Virus record (IMG/VR): IMGVR_UViG_3300028833_000071
Strand: one strand, 5' to 3'
Origin: a virus
Taxonomy: Duplodnaviria; Caudoviricetes
DNA length: 64,000 nucleotides
The notes beneath the pieces are model-generated. The model was not told the DNA's origin, made no database searches, and saw only the letters and a program-made list of their open reading frames with translations. The stretch's first letter is position 1. The number at the start of each line of letters is the position of its first letter. The translations under genes and the position numbers were made by a program. Shown one piece after another: positions 38,986 through 48,685 of this stretch.

Positions 38986-40560
38986 TTATGATAAATAGTT
39001 TTTTATTGCACAATAATTAATAACTCCTGAGTATATTTTAAATGATTTAATATCACCGATAAATGTTCCACAAAAATCTTGTTCAATAGGCCATGGATTT
39101 CTTACTTCAGGTCCTTCAAGTGAGAATAAATACTCTAATAAGCCGATAGAACCACCGCCGAGAGATATGTTATATGGAACACCTTCTTGCTTTTGACTGA
39201 TTTCATCAAGTTCTTTAAATGAAAGCGCATTGAGTTCTCTGCTTATGAATTTCAAAAAGCCGTTGACATATATCATTATTCTCATTTTTCTTGTTCTGTT
39301 GTCGCATTTGTTATCGGTTGGGTTTATAATTAAGAATCTAACATTGATTGAATTCCATTCATTGTCTTTTATCATTCCTGGTTTGGAATACTCTTCAATT
39401 ACACTATAATGGTTTTCGGCATCACAGTCCAATACGCCATATTTATATCCTATGGCACCTTCAGGTGTTACCCTTAAAGCAAAAACATTGTTTTTAACAT
39501 CTTTCAATATGTTATTAACGATTTCTTCCATGATTTCTTCTTCGGTTTTACCCTCCAGTTCATCTATGTTTTCAATTAATTCGTCAATATTATTAATTGT
39601 AAAACCTGTTTCGGTCCTGTTAAGCCATGGAAAATAATTAATATTTTTTCTCTTTTTCCCCTTAACTCGTATTCTTGTACCTTCAATCCAATTATTAACA
39701 GTAAAGCCTGTTTTGGTACGGTTAAACATTAGAAACTTATTATCTGAATCATTGATAATATATTCCGTTTGCTCATCTATTGGATTACCATCAGAGTCGG
39801 TATATGGCGGGGTTATTGTAGAACAACTTTCAGCATCATTGTTGTAATAGCCATCGTCAAAATAATTTTCATCTTTAGGCGGTAATGGTAAAGTTTCTTC
39901 GCCTGAGTATAACTTCCAAAATTTATTTTCAGCTCTTGTACCGAGATAGAAGAAAATACCTGAGTTATCTGTATGTGTATTGTTTACCGAGTTTTCAGCA
40001 ATTTCATAATCACTTCTTGGCCTTAAATCAAAATGCAAAACAATATCATTGACAATCTTATCAGGAAATACTTGATAATCATATCCATGAAGTTTGAAAA
40101 AGCCTTGATAAAAGCCACCTTTAAATGACATATATTTCTTATCACCATCAGTAACTAATTCAGTATCATAAGAATATAGCTTAGTATTGCTTTCAATCGG
40201 CGATAAAAACATTCTTGTATCACCTGATTCAATTTTATATGTTGATTTAAGAAATATATTGAGAAAATCATCATCTGTTATGCGGTCCTTGTCAAAATGA
40301 ATAAAACCATTATCAATGCCCGTCATACCAATATTATTCATTTCAACACCATTGTTTGTTGAACCACTCCACTCTATAGATGAATACCATTTACCATCAT
40401 CAAATGAAAAGTCGGAAAAATCGGCAATTACCATGTCATTTAAATCCCCACTACACCCACAAAATGTCTCACCTTTGTAAATCATAAAATCATAATAATG
40501 CTGATTGTATAACTTAGAGTCTAATTGCTTGTCATATTTATTTTTAATGTTTTGATGCAT
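38986..40560 (-). CDS. putative virion structural protein (ConA/LamG-like)
   Basis: GGFYQGFFK, GIFFYLGTRAENKF, MIYVNG, QEGVPYNISLGGG, FIGDI; late motif at 40592. Confidence 0.7.
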   Translation of the reverse strand: MHQNIKNKYDKQLDSKLYNQHYYDFMIYKGETFCGCSGDLNDMVIADFSDFSFDDGKWYSSIEWSGSTNNGVEMNNIGMTGIDNGFIHFDKDRITDDDFLNIFLKSTYKIESGDTRMFLSPIESNTKLYSYDTELVTDGDKKYMSFKGGFYQGFFKLHGYDYQVFPDKIVNDIVLHFDLRPRSDYEIAENSVNNTHTDNSGIFFYLGTRAENKFWKLYSGEETLPLPPKDENYFDDGYYNNDAESCSTITPPYTDSDGNPIDEQTEYIINDSDNKFLMFNRTKTGFTVNNWIEGTRIRVKGKKRKNINYFPWLNRTETGFTINNIDELIENIDELEGKTEEEIMEEIVNNILKDVKNNVFALRVTPEGAIGYKYGVLDCDAENHYSVIEEYSKPGMIKDNEWNSINVRFLIINPTDNKCDNRTRKMRIMIYVNGFLKFISRELNALSFKELDEISQKQEGVPYNISLGGGSIGLLEYLFSLEGPEVRNPWPIEQDFCGTFIGDIKSFKIYSGVINYCAIKNYLS

Positions 40561-40620
40561 TACCGTATTTAAATTAAAAATTATTCCATTTATAAATAGT
40601 TTGGCTAATGCTTTTGTTTG

Positions 40621-40645
40621 AGCAATTCTATATCACTTAACATAA
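40621..40645 (+). repeat. degenerate IS1595-type TIR
   Basis: AGCAATTCTATATCACTTAACATAA resembles GACAATTATATACCAGTTAACACAA. Confidence 0.45.
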
Positions 40646-40744
40646 AAAAAGAAAAGCGTCCCAATCGGAACGCTTTCAGCGTATGTTTGAAACTTCAATC
40701 GGCTTGGTCAAACCGAATAGGGTGTTTGTGTTGTGCAGAGCGGC

Positions 40745-41275
40745 TTAAATACCCATATCCATAAGCTCACGGTTTGCACTTCCTTTACGATGTAAAAGAC
40801 GAGAATCTGCTTGCTTTCCGTATTTTGCAGCCTCTTTTTGGCGTTTCCATTGTTTATCAAATTTCTGTTTTAGTAATGTGAATGGGTCGTCTACATCAAC
40901 ATCCTGTACATATTGTTTTGCTTTTTTACGATAATCTTGAGTAAAATCAACGGAACTATCTTTAGGATGTCTAATTTCATATTCTTTTTCGAGAATCGAA
41001 AATCTATTAGATATGGCGTTGTAAATTTTAGTCCACGCATATTTGTCATAACCATATGAAGCTTCTAAGTCAGAAAACCAACCCATACCACTGTCGCCAA
41101 ATTCACATATTTCTGCATCGTAATCGCCATTTATAATTTGAGAGCAAAAATTATCTATGTGATTGTATTTGTTTTCTCTCAGCACTTTTTTCACAGATTC
41201 ATTGACGATTTGGTGTAATTGGCTTTCTGTAAGTCTAATAACTTGTTTTCTATTCATATTTTGAATTTTATTCAT
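40745..41275 (-). CDS. putative internal virion protein with N-terminal IRLTESQL peptide
   Basis: MNRKQVIRLTESQLHQIVNESVKKVLRE; late motif at 41288-41296 places the start at 41257-41287, not 41560. Confidence 0.75.
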   Translation of the reverse strand: MNKIQNMNRKQVIRLTESQLHQIVNESVKKVLRENKYNHIDNFCSQIINGDYDAEICEFGDSGMGWFSDLEASYGYDKYAWTKIYNAISNRFSILEKEYEIRHPKDSSVDFTQDYRKKAKQYVQDVDVDDPFTLLKQKFDKQWKRQKEAAKYGKQADSRLLHRKGSANRELMDMGI

Positions 41276-41359
41276 CTTATTTTTCATATAAATAGTATGA
41301 AGTTTTGAATTTTTCAGATTTTTTTCGTATATTAAAAAAGGACATTTAAAAATTAAGCG

Positions 41360-41953
41360 ATGTTTAAAAATTTGACTATTGGTATTGATGTTGACGGAGT
41401 TTTGAGGGATAATCTTCAAATCATGGTTGACTTGTATAACAAGGAGTTTAATAGTTCTATGACTGTTGACGATATAAAAGATTATCGGACAGAGGTAACA
41501 TTTCCATCCATAGAAACAACCACAGGAAAAACAGCAAGCGAATGGTTTTTTCAGGACCATTCCAAAGAAATATTCTTAAATGCAAGCCCATTTCCAAATG
41601 TAGCTGATGATATTAAGAAACTTAGAGAATATGCAAATGTTATTATTATAACATATCAAAAATCGTTTAAAAACAAGATGGAAACTCTATGTTGGCTTGA
41701 AAACAACGGGATAGAATATGACGGGATTATGTTTATAAAAGATAAAACAAGACTGTTGTGTGATTATTTGATTGACGACAATGATTGGAATTTTATTGAT
41801 TCCAATGCTACACACGCTATTTTAATTAATGCGCCATATAATAAAAACAAAACCGTTATAAATATGCTTAAAAATAGCGGTTGTGACGATATGAAAAGAT
41901 ATGATAGTTTTCACGAATTTGTTAATGATTTCTGCGAAGCACAAAAAATTTAA
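41360..41953 (+). CDS. 5'(3')-deoxyribonucleotidase, HAD/NT5C family
   Basis: IGIDVDGVL, IIT, WL, DK......LIDD, N.PYN. Confidence 0.88.
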   Translation: MFKNLTIGIDVDGVLRDNLQIMVDLYNKEFNSSMTVDDIKDYRTEVTFPSIETTTGKTASEWFFQDHSKEIFLNASPFPNVADDIKKLREYANVIIITYQKSFKNKMETLCWLENNGIEYDGIMFIKDKTRLLCDYLIDDNDWNFIDSNATHAILINAPYNKNKTVINMLKNSGCDDMKRYDSFHEFVNDFCEAQKI

Positions 41954-41958
41954 AAACA

Positions 41959-42918
41959 ATGGAAAACAATAAGTTAAGACAAAGATTCGTTAAGGATTAT
42001 AATCTACCCATCAATGTATTTGATGAAAAAATTTTCAATTATTATTCAAATCTTTATGATTTTTTCCCAAAAGATAAATGGGAGAATTTAAAAACAATGA
42101 TTGACGAGAAATATGATGGCAATGTTGAGAAGTGGCTTGAATATTGCGCTTCAGTAAGAGATAATGCCATTTATGGGGTTATTGAAACAGATAAGTATAA
42201 GGAGTTTAATAATTGTGATTTATCTCAATATAAAGTATCTTCTGTTGTTGGTGAGCATAGTTGTTATACCAATGAGACTGATGGTTGTCTTTTTGTTTCA
42301 ATTGATTTAAAGAAAGCAAATTTTCAGGCATTGAAGTATGTTGGTGTGCTTGATGATGAAGATTATGACCATTTTATTGAAAAGTATGATGGTGATGATT
42401 ATATAAAGGGAAGCAAATACCTAAGACAGGTTATATTTGGCAAGATGAATCCTGGCCGAACTATAACAGTTGAAAAATATATAATGGGAAAGATAATGCC
42501 AATTGCTGATGAAATATTACCATTTGACTTTAAATTATATTTATATTCCCAAAATAGTGATGAACTTGTATATAAGCAGTCTGATACATGGATATATCCC
42601 GATAAACTAAAAGAATTTTGTGAAAAAATTGAGGAAAGAGTTTTAAATGAACTTAACATTGAAGTTCGTGCTGAATACATTAAGGTTACAAAATTACCAA
42701 TAGTTAATATAAATGGTAATAATGTTGATGCATTTGTCCGTGAGAATTTAATTACCAATGAGAAAGTTCTCAAAAAGGCTTCAACAACATTTTATCCACA
42801 GATATATAAATTATGGAAAAATCTTGCAATTGAGGATAATGACCTTATATTTTACTTTGAAGACCAATTAGCACATTTTAATAATAAATTAATAAAAATC
42901 AATAATGGAAACAAATAA
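41959..42918 (+). CDS. conserved jumbo-phage hypothetical protein
   Basis: RFVKDYNLPI, SIDLKKANF, SKYLRQVIFG, SDE motifs (polymerase-palm-like acidic residues). Confidence 0.75.
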   Translation: MENNKLRQRFVKDYNLPINVFDEKIFNYYSNLYDFFPKDKWENLKTMIDEKYDGNVEKWLEYCASVRDNAIYGVIETDKYKEFNNCDLSQYKVSSVVGEHSCYTNETDGCLFVSIDLKKANFQALKYVGVLDDEDYDHFIEKYDGDDYIKGSKYLRQVIFGKMNPGRTITVEKYIMGKIMPIADEILPFDFKLYLYSQNSDELVYKQSDTWIYPDKLKEFCEKIEERVLNELNIEVRAEYIKVTKLPIVNINGNNVDAFVRENLITNEKVLKKASTTFYPQIYKLWKNLAIEDNDLIFYFEDQLAHFNNKLIKINNGNK

Positions 42919-43193
42919 TGACATAATAAAAAACGATGAAGGAAATAGGATTACTTGACGATTTATTTTTTGTTTATGGTGAAAAAGGTTTTAAATATAA
43001 GCATTGTCGTACACCAAGAATGTATACTTATATTGAAGTTAATTTTATAAAACAGCAAAATTTTTTTTCTAAATTTCAAAATCCATGTAGACGCGACAAG
43101 ACAAAAGTTAATTTGGTGATTGCAAAACAAAAAATTTAAAAAAATTGTATATTTAAGAAAAAAAATGTATATTAGTATAAAAAATAATTATTT

Positions 43194-44309
43194 ATGTTTA
43201 ACGAATTCAAAATTTTTAAAAACATTAATCTACCATTTGACAAATCAAGCACATATGGTGATGTCGATGGTATCTCATTACAAAATTTGTTTTATGCAAG
43301 GAATGGATGTTTTCCTGGGTGCTATCTGTTTGATTATGATTCAAGAACCAATGGTGATTATAAATTTAACACCAAGGAAATAGCGAAATATCTCTTGGAA
43401 AATACACCAAAAGATGAGGACATGGAATTTATTCCTTATTTTACTAATATTCTTGGCAGTAAAGATGATAAGACAAATTTCGGTTTTTGCATTATACTTA
43501 ACAAAAGTAATTTGTATGCAAGATTTGAAACTTCGGTGACTGAATCTTATATTTTGTTTGATAACAAGCATATTGACGAGCTAAATAGTTTTGTTGAACA
43601 CATTTTGCAGTTTTATATTGCTCCTGAGGAAGAGGAAAATAACATTTGGCGTTTGTGTCAAAGTTCTTCCGGATTTTATCTTGACAAGGGAAAAGTTAAG
43701 GTATATCAGAACTTCGATATACATAAGTTATATAATGACGGTTTTGAGACCGAAGATGAAAAAATCAGCAAGTTTATTGCAGAAGACGATAAATCGGGCC
43801 TTGTTATTCTTCATGGAGAAAAGGGTACGGGCAAAACCTCTTATATTAAACATCTTGTCAACTCTTATCCTAATAGGAAGTTCGTCTATGTACCTGCACA
43901 TATGATTAATATTTTGAGTGAACCTGCATTTGGCTCATTCCTTATAACATTAAATAACCATGTTATTGTGCTTGAGGATTGTGAAAACGCCATAAGAGAT
44001 AGACGTGCAAGTGGTTCAGCATCAGCAGTTTCCTTGCTGCTTAATATGACAGATGGATTGCTTTCTGATGACCTTGGAATTAAATTTATATGCACTTTCA
44101 ATGAAGATATGAAAAATATAGACCCAGCACTTTTAAGAAAGGGTAGATTGATGGCTAAATATGAGTTTAAGGAATTGGCTATTGATAAATCAGAAGCACT
44201 TCTTAGAGAGCGTGGTATCGAAACCAAACTTAATAAGCCCATTACACTTGCGGAAATATTCCATTATGGTGAGACTGATTATGAAACTTCTAAAAAACCA
44301 CTTATTTAA
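43194..44309 (+). CDS. AAA+ ATPase
   Basis: Walker A GEKGTGKT, Walker B VIVLEDCE, LLNMTDG, IDPALLRKGR. Confidence 0.92.
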   Translation: MFNEFKIFKNINLPFDKSSTYGDVDGISLQNLFYARNGCFPGCYLFDYDSRTNGDYKFNTKEIAKYLLENTPKDEDMEFIPYFTNILGSKDDKTNFGFCIILNKSNLYARFETSVTESYILFDNKHIDELNSFVEHILQFYIAPEEEENNIWRLCQSSSGFYLDKGKVKVYQNFDIHKLYNDGFETEDEKISKFIAEDDKSGLVILHGEKGTGKTSYIKHLVNSYPNRKFVYVPAHMINILSEPAFGSFLITLNNHVIVLEDCENAIRDRRASGSASAVSLLLNMTDGLLSDDLGIKFICTFNEDMKNIDPALLRKGRLMAKYEFKELAIDKSEALLRERGIETKLNKPITLAEIFHYGETDYETSKKPLI

Positions 44310-44312
44310 TAT

Positions 44313-44531
44313 ATGGCAAAGAAAGATTTAATTGTAGAAGAAGGTGTTGTCGTACAGGCACTTCCAAATGCAATGTTTAAAGTTGAACTCGACAGTGCTG
44401 AAATAACACTTTTATGTGTTATCAGTGGAAAAATTAGACAAAATTATATCCGAATATTGGAAGGTGATAGGGTCCGTGTTGAAATTTCTCCTTATGACCT
44501 TACAAGAGGACGTATAGTAGCAAGATTATAA
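44313..44531 (+). CDS. infA: translation initiation factor IF-1
   Basis: [16 protein letters not shown]...[31 protein letters not shown]. Confidence 0.97.
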   Translation: MAKKDLIVEEGVVVQALPNAMFKVELDSAEITLLCVISGKIRQNYIRILEGDRVRVEISPYDLTRGRIVARL

Positions 44532-44551
44532 TTTTAAAAAAAGTATAAAAT

Positions 44552-44938
44552 ATGTTAGAAAGTTTATTGAAATTATTTGAAAGGCACCAAAGTATGCCTG
44601 ATGGTTACGATGAGCAATTTGAAGATGATTTGGCTTCCGTATTTGGATTAAAGCCAATCCAGTTCTATATGCCATCAACAATTGGAGATTATAGTTTTAA
44701 AACTAAAGATGATGGCTATGAATTCTCAATGGCTGTCGGTTTAAAGGCTACCTCTGATAATGTCAAGATTGACCTTGATAAGAATAACAATCTTAGTGTT
44801 AAATATTCATTCAAGGATGACAATTCAGAACATATCACAAGTATAAAAAGAACGCTTCCGAAGGATGCTGACCTTGATACTCTTGATGCGGAAATTAGGC
44901 ACGGACAGTTGATTATTACAGTTAAACGCAATGCTTAA
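44552..44938 (+). CDS. small heat-shock protein (Hsp20)
   Basis: Alpha-crystallin C-terminus TLPKDAD...A....GQLIITV. Confidence 0.75.
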   Translation: MLESLLKLFERHQSMPDGYDEQFEDDLASVFGLKPIQFYMPSTIGDYSFKTKDDGYEFSMAVGLKATSDNVKIDLDKNNNLSVKYSFKDDNSEHITSIKRTLPKDADLDTLDAEIRHGQLIITVKRNA

Positions 44939-44944
44939 AAATGA

Positions 44945-44972
44945 AAAAGGGTGGCGAAATCGTCACCCTTTA
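44945..44972. terminator. intrinsic terminator
   Basis: AAAGGGTGGCG-aaat-CGTCACCCTTT between convergent operons. Confidence 0.7.
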
Positions 44973-44996
44973 TTTTTGACAATCTATTAGGTTTTA

Positions 44997-45785
44997 TTAA
45001 TAAAGTTCTATAACGACACTTCCATTACTTGTGTCGGCTTCTATAAATGTTCGTTCACTTTCAAGCGCTTGGGCTAACATTCTAACATTGATATAATTTT
45101 CAATTGTTTCTTTTGGCGCATTTTCAATATCACCATACATTTGGTTAATTATTTCTTCACCAAGGGCTTCGTCATCATCTTCATCAACGCCAAATTCTTG
45201 ATAAATACTTTCAGAGTCTTCATTATATGGGCCATCCCATGAACATTCACGCCCAAATCTTTCATAATCAAAATAGTATTCAAGATTACTAAAGCTTTCA
45301 GGCCCTGATTCGTCAAGATATTGATATACAACATCTTCAACACTATCACAATTATAATGGACGGTATAATCTTGATTATTTAATATATTCATTGCTTCAT
45401 TTGCATCGTCACAATAATCCGCAATGGCTTCTTTTATAGAATAATCTTCATCTATATTGATAAAATCCCAAAGTTCGTCTGAAATATAACTTTCACTAAT
45501 AAATCCTTCAGGGATATTTTCCCAGTCTTGGAACATTAATTCGGCATCTCTTTCATCTGCATGAAGCGTTTCTCTACAATATTCAAGAAATTCTTCTCTT
45601 GAGTCAAAATTATCAAGATTAACCCATTCGCCTTTTAATGAACCTGAATTATACTTTCCATAAGTACCCACATATACAGCAGGACTATCATTTGAAGCCC
45701 TATATTGTTCTTTCAATATTTTAACGGCACGTTTTACCATGTACCTTATGTCTTGCTCTGTGATTTGCATTTTATTGTTTTTCAT
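44997..45785 (-). CDS. ardA: antirestriction protein ArdA with N-terminal tag peptide
   Basis: VYVGTYGKYNSGSLKGEWVNL, ELMFQDWE.IP, YFDYE.FGR, very acidic; leader MQITEQDIRYMVKRAVKILKE. Confidence 0.88.
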   Translation of the reverse strand: MKNNKMQITEQDIRYMVKRAVKILKEQYRASNDSPAVYVGTYGKYNSGSLKGEWVNLDNFDSREEFLEYCRETLHADERDAELMFQDWENIPEGFISESYISDELWDFINIDEDYSIKEAIADYCDDANEAMNILNNQDYTVHYNCDSVEDVVYQYLDESGPESFSNLEYYFDYERFGRECSWDGPYNEDSESIYQEFGVDEDDDEALGEEIINQMYGDIENAPKETIENYINVRMLAQALESERTFIEADTSNGSVVIELY

Positions 45786-45786
45786 T

Positions 45787-46485
45787 TTATATTGCATTTA
45801 AATAATTTATTATTCCATCGACATGGGTCTTGATTACCATTTTACGGCCCTCATCCGAAAGTATGTATTTTAAATCTTCAATATTGTCATAGAAGAAATT
45901 TTCTGTTAATACAGCGGGGCAATTTGTGTTCTTTAAAATATAAAAATCGCTTTCCCAATCTTTATCACCATCGGATTTGTCGGTCCTTATTTTTAACCCC
46001 TTAAAGTTCTTTTCGGCTTCAGCATATAAATATTCAGCCAATTTATCGCTTTTTGTTGTGCCTTTTGTTGTATATGCAGACCATCCTCTTGCGTCTTTCC
46101 ATTCGCTTCCACTACCAGCAGCATTGGAATGTACTGAAACTAAGATAACCTTATCTTTACCGACTTGGGAACACATTTTGTTTACACGGTTCACACGTTC
46201 TTTTAATGAGATATCGTTATCTTCAGTTACAAGTAATCTGACATCATAACCCATTCCTTTTAGGCTATTATAAATCTCATTGGCTATTTCTCTATTCCAT
46301 TTGTATTCATAAAAATCCAATTCAGGTTTTATTCCTTTTGATGAATAAGGACTTCTTTTACCTGGGGTATCATTTCCATGACCATTGTCTATATATATAA
46401 CAGTTTCAGGTATATTGTTTGTGCTTTCAGGCATAATTTCATTGTTATTATCATTATTTTCTAAAGTGTTATCTTCTTCTTGCAT
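45787..46485 (-). CDS. N-acetylmuramoyl-L-alanine amidase (Amidase_3), endolysin-like
   Basis: IDNGHG.DTPGKRSP, EY.WNRE, LVSVHSNA, PAVLTENFF. Confidence 0.93.
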   Translation of the reverse strand: MQEEDNTLENNDNNNEIMPESTNNIPETVIYIDNGHGNDTPGKRSPYSSKGIKPELDFYEYKWNREIANEIYNSLKGMGYDVRLLVTEDNDISLKERVNRVNKMCSQVGKDKVILVSVHSNAAGSGSEWKDARGWSAYTTKGTTKSDKLAEYLYAEAEKNFKGLKIRTDKSDGDKDWESDFYILKNTNCPAVLTENFFYDNIEDLKYILSDEGRKMVIKTHVDGIINYLNAI

Positions 46486-46569
46486 ATTGTCAACATTTTC
46501 CTTTTGAATTTTTTTTTTAAAAAGATTAATTATATTTTCAAGTATTTTTTTTATTTTTAATTTTAATTA

Positions 46570-47115
46570 TCATTTTATCTTTCTTGAATTTTCTTTAATT
46601 AGTCTAACAGCCTTTTTAACCATATCATAAATATCATTTTCAGTTAAATGAATTTTTTTATTTTCATATAAGTCATCATCATCACGGTCATAAGGGTCAA
46701 AATCATAGTCACTATTATACTCATCACGTTCACCAGCAAGAAATTCCAAGTCAAAATCCATTAAATCTGCTATTTCACCATAAGTCTTACCATCAATTTT
46801 ATTTATTATGTCTTCATATATTATGTCTTCATAAGGGCCATCCTCATTTACAACAGAAATCTTTGTTATTTCGAAATCAAAATCACTATCATCCAACTCA
46901 AATTCAGCCGGATAAGCGTAATCATTTGAACTATAATTGCCTCGTCTTGTACAATACCAACTTGGACATTCAGTTACCTTATATTCAACATAATATGTAT
47001 GCAATTTACCTTGAGCTTCTATGCAACCTTCAGTATTACTAATACCGCGATTCTCTTTGGAATTTCTTAATGCTTCCTTTAAATCTTGTATTATATTTTC
47101 AAGTGTTTCTTTCAT
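46570..47115 (-). CDS. acidic putative internal virion protein with C-terminal tag peptide
   Basis: KKIHLTENDIYDMVKKAVRLIKE at C-terminus. Confidence 0.7.
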   Translation of the reverse strand: MKETLENIIQDLKEALRNSKENRGISNTEGCIEAQGKLHTYYVEYKVTECPSWYCTRRGNYSSNDYAYPAEFELDDSDFDFEITKISVVNEDGPYEDIIYEDIINKIDGKTYGEIADLMDFDLEFLAGERDEYNSDYDFDPYDRDDDDLYENKKIHLTENDIYDMVKKAVRLIKENSRKIK

Positions 47116-47134
47116 TGTTTTTTATTTTAATTTG

Positions 47135-48553
47135 TTATTTTATTGGTGAAGTCATATAATATTGATAATGATACCATCCGTTAAGTAAGTTTATTGCGTC
47201 CTGTTGAACCATACTATTTGTTGACACTTTTAATGTTAAAGTACCGGTGTAGTTCATAGTAAAAATTACAGTTGTATCTGCTGAAGAATTGGCTGGTACA
47301 CTAACAGTTTTAATAAGAGTATTATTACCATATATATTAACATCTACATCAGAATTTTGGCTATTTGTAAGAGTTGGTAGATGAAGCCCATATGTATTGA
47401 CACTTTTAAAATTGTCTATACTAGCGAAATCTTTGGTGGATGAATTAATACTTACAGCAGAACAGTAGTAAGTTGGTTCTTGTATTTTTCCAATTTCAGG
47501 GTCATTAAATTCATATTTATATCCTGGCCTTATTGCTTTTGTGTTGTTAAATGTTAATATTTTATATTTTTTTTCAGTTAAAAAGCCACCTGAATCGTTA
47601 ATTATACAAGGTGCCATTTGTCTTGTATTACCACTTAAGAGCAAATAAGGATTTAAATTTGTATAATAATCACTATTTACTGCCGGAATCATACTGGAAG
47701 TTAAAGAATGGTTTATACTGTTATAAGTTCTTGCTGCAACTGTTTCAGCATCAGTTTCGCCTGTTGTAGCATTTACAACTAGTGGGGTATTAAAAGTTGC
47801 AGTAAAGCCCTGTGTTGCTCCGTTAAAAAAACCTTTTCTCTGTAAGGTTCCTGTGACAGTAGTTGAAGTATTAGAACTTGTAGAAAGGCAAATAAATCCG
47901 TCAGTGCCGGTATATAAGGTTTTTGGTTTACTTCCTTCTAATTGTGGAAAAATTGTTGTTTGATTATCTATTGCAACTTTTACGCCTTGTATTGGTTGAC
48001 CATCATATACAACTTTTACACTTATTTCATTTTCTCGCACAAAATTATTGGTGTTAGTAATACCTATTCCTGAGCATACTTGGTTATAATCCTTAACACA
48101 TGCAGATTCACTTGTATATGATTGGCCCCAAAGAGTAATCCAAGTCTCAAGGGAAGTATGTGTTGTTGTAGATAAGACAATTGGAATATAGCCCACAATA
48201 CTTTGGCTTGAAAGATTACCGACTTGTGGCGTTGATGCAGTATAACGTGCTTTATAATATAAATTAATTTTAGAAGCGCCACTAAGATTACGTAATTTAA
48301 TTACATTATCTGCTACACTTTGAAATACGCTTGCATAACTATCAGCCATATTTCCCGAAAAACTACGATTCCTATCAAAGTAACCATGTAATGAATTTAA
48401 TGCATATGTATATCCGCCACCAGACCATCCCCAATTTACATTATTTATGTCAGACGGGTCAAATGTCCCTTCGGTAGTTGTGTTTGAATATGCATTGCTA
48501 TAATATCCATAATTACGTAATTCAGCCGCTAACCAATAATAATAAGTAGCCAT
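47135..48553 (-). CDS. putative virion structural protein (Ser/Thr/Asn-rich, beta-sandwich)
   Basis: Start MATYYYW at 48553 after late motif 48581-48589. Confidence 0.7.
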   Translation of the reverse strand: MATYYYWLAAELRNYGYYSNAYSNTTTEGTFDPSDINNVNWGWSGGGYTYALNSLHGYFDRNRSFSGNMADSYASVFQSVADNVIKLRNLSGASKINLYYKARYTASTPQVGNLSSQSIVGYIPIVLSTTTHTSLETWITLWGQSYTSESACVKDYNQVCSGIGITNTNNFVRENEISVKVVYDGQPIQGVKVAIDNQTTIFPQLEGSKPKTLYTGTDGFICLSTSSNTSTTVTGTLQRKGFFNGATQGFTATFNTPLVVNATTGETDAETVAARTYNSINHSLTSSMIPAVNSDYYTNLNPYLLLSGNTRQMAPCIINDSGGFLTEKKYKILTFNNTKAIRPGYKYEFNDPEIGKIQEPTYYCSAVSINSSTKDFASIDNFKSVNTYGLHLPTLTNSQNSDVDVNIYGNNTLIKTVSVPANSSADTTVIFTMNYTGTLTLKVSTNSMVQQDAINLLNGWYHYQYYMTSPIK

Positions 48554-48633
48554 ATTAAAATCTTTTATCTTTATTTCTTTATAAATAGTTACGACATTGA
48601 AAATTAACAATAAAATAAGTGTTTTCTTTTTTC

Positions 48634-48651
48634 TTTGGCATAATTTTTGTA
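48634..48651 (+). promoter_or_regulatory. sigma54-like promoter
   Basis: TTTGGCATAATTTTTGTA upstream of 48686. Confidence 0.6.
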
Positions 48652-48685
48652 TATTAAGTTCATGGAAATTTAAAAACTTGGAAAA

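Noticed and set aside
41288-41560. Listed N-terminal extension of the 40745 ORF (similarly the 48610, 13445 and 50528 starts)
   Set aside because: The extensions overlap real neighbouring genes or cross the promoter motif; downstream ATGs fit better
42905-43139. Possible programmed frameshift joining ATG 42905 to ORF 42936 through an A-run
   Set aside because: Short, with no recognisable domain or stimulatory structure; decay or a homopolymer error is equally likely
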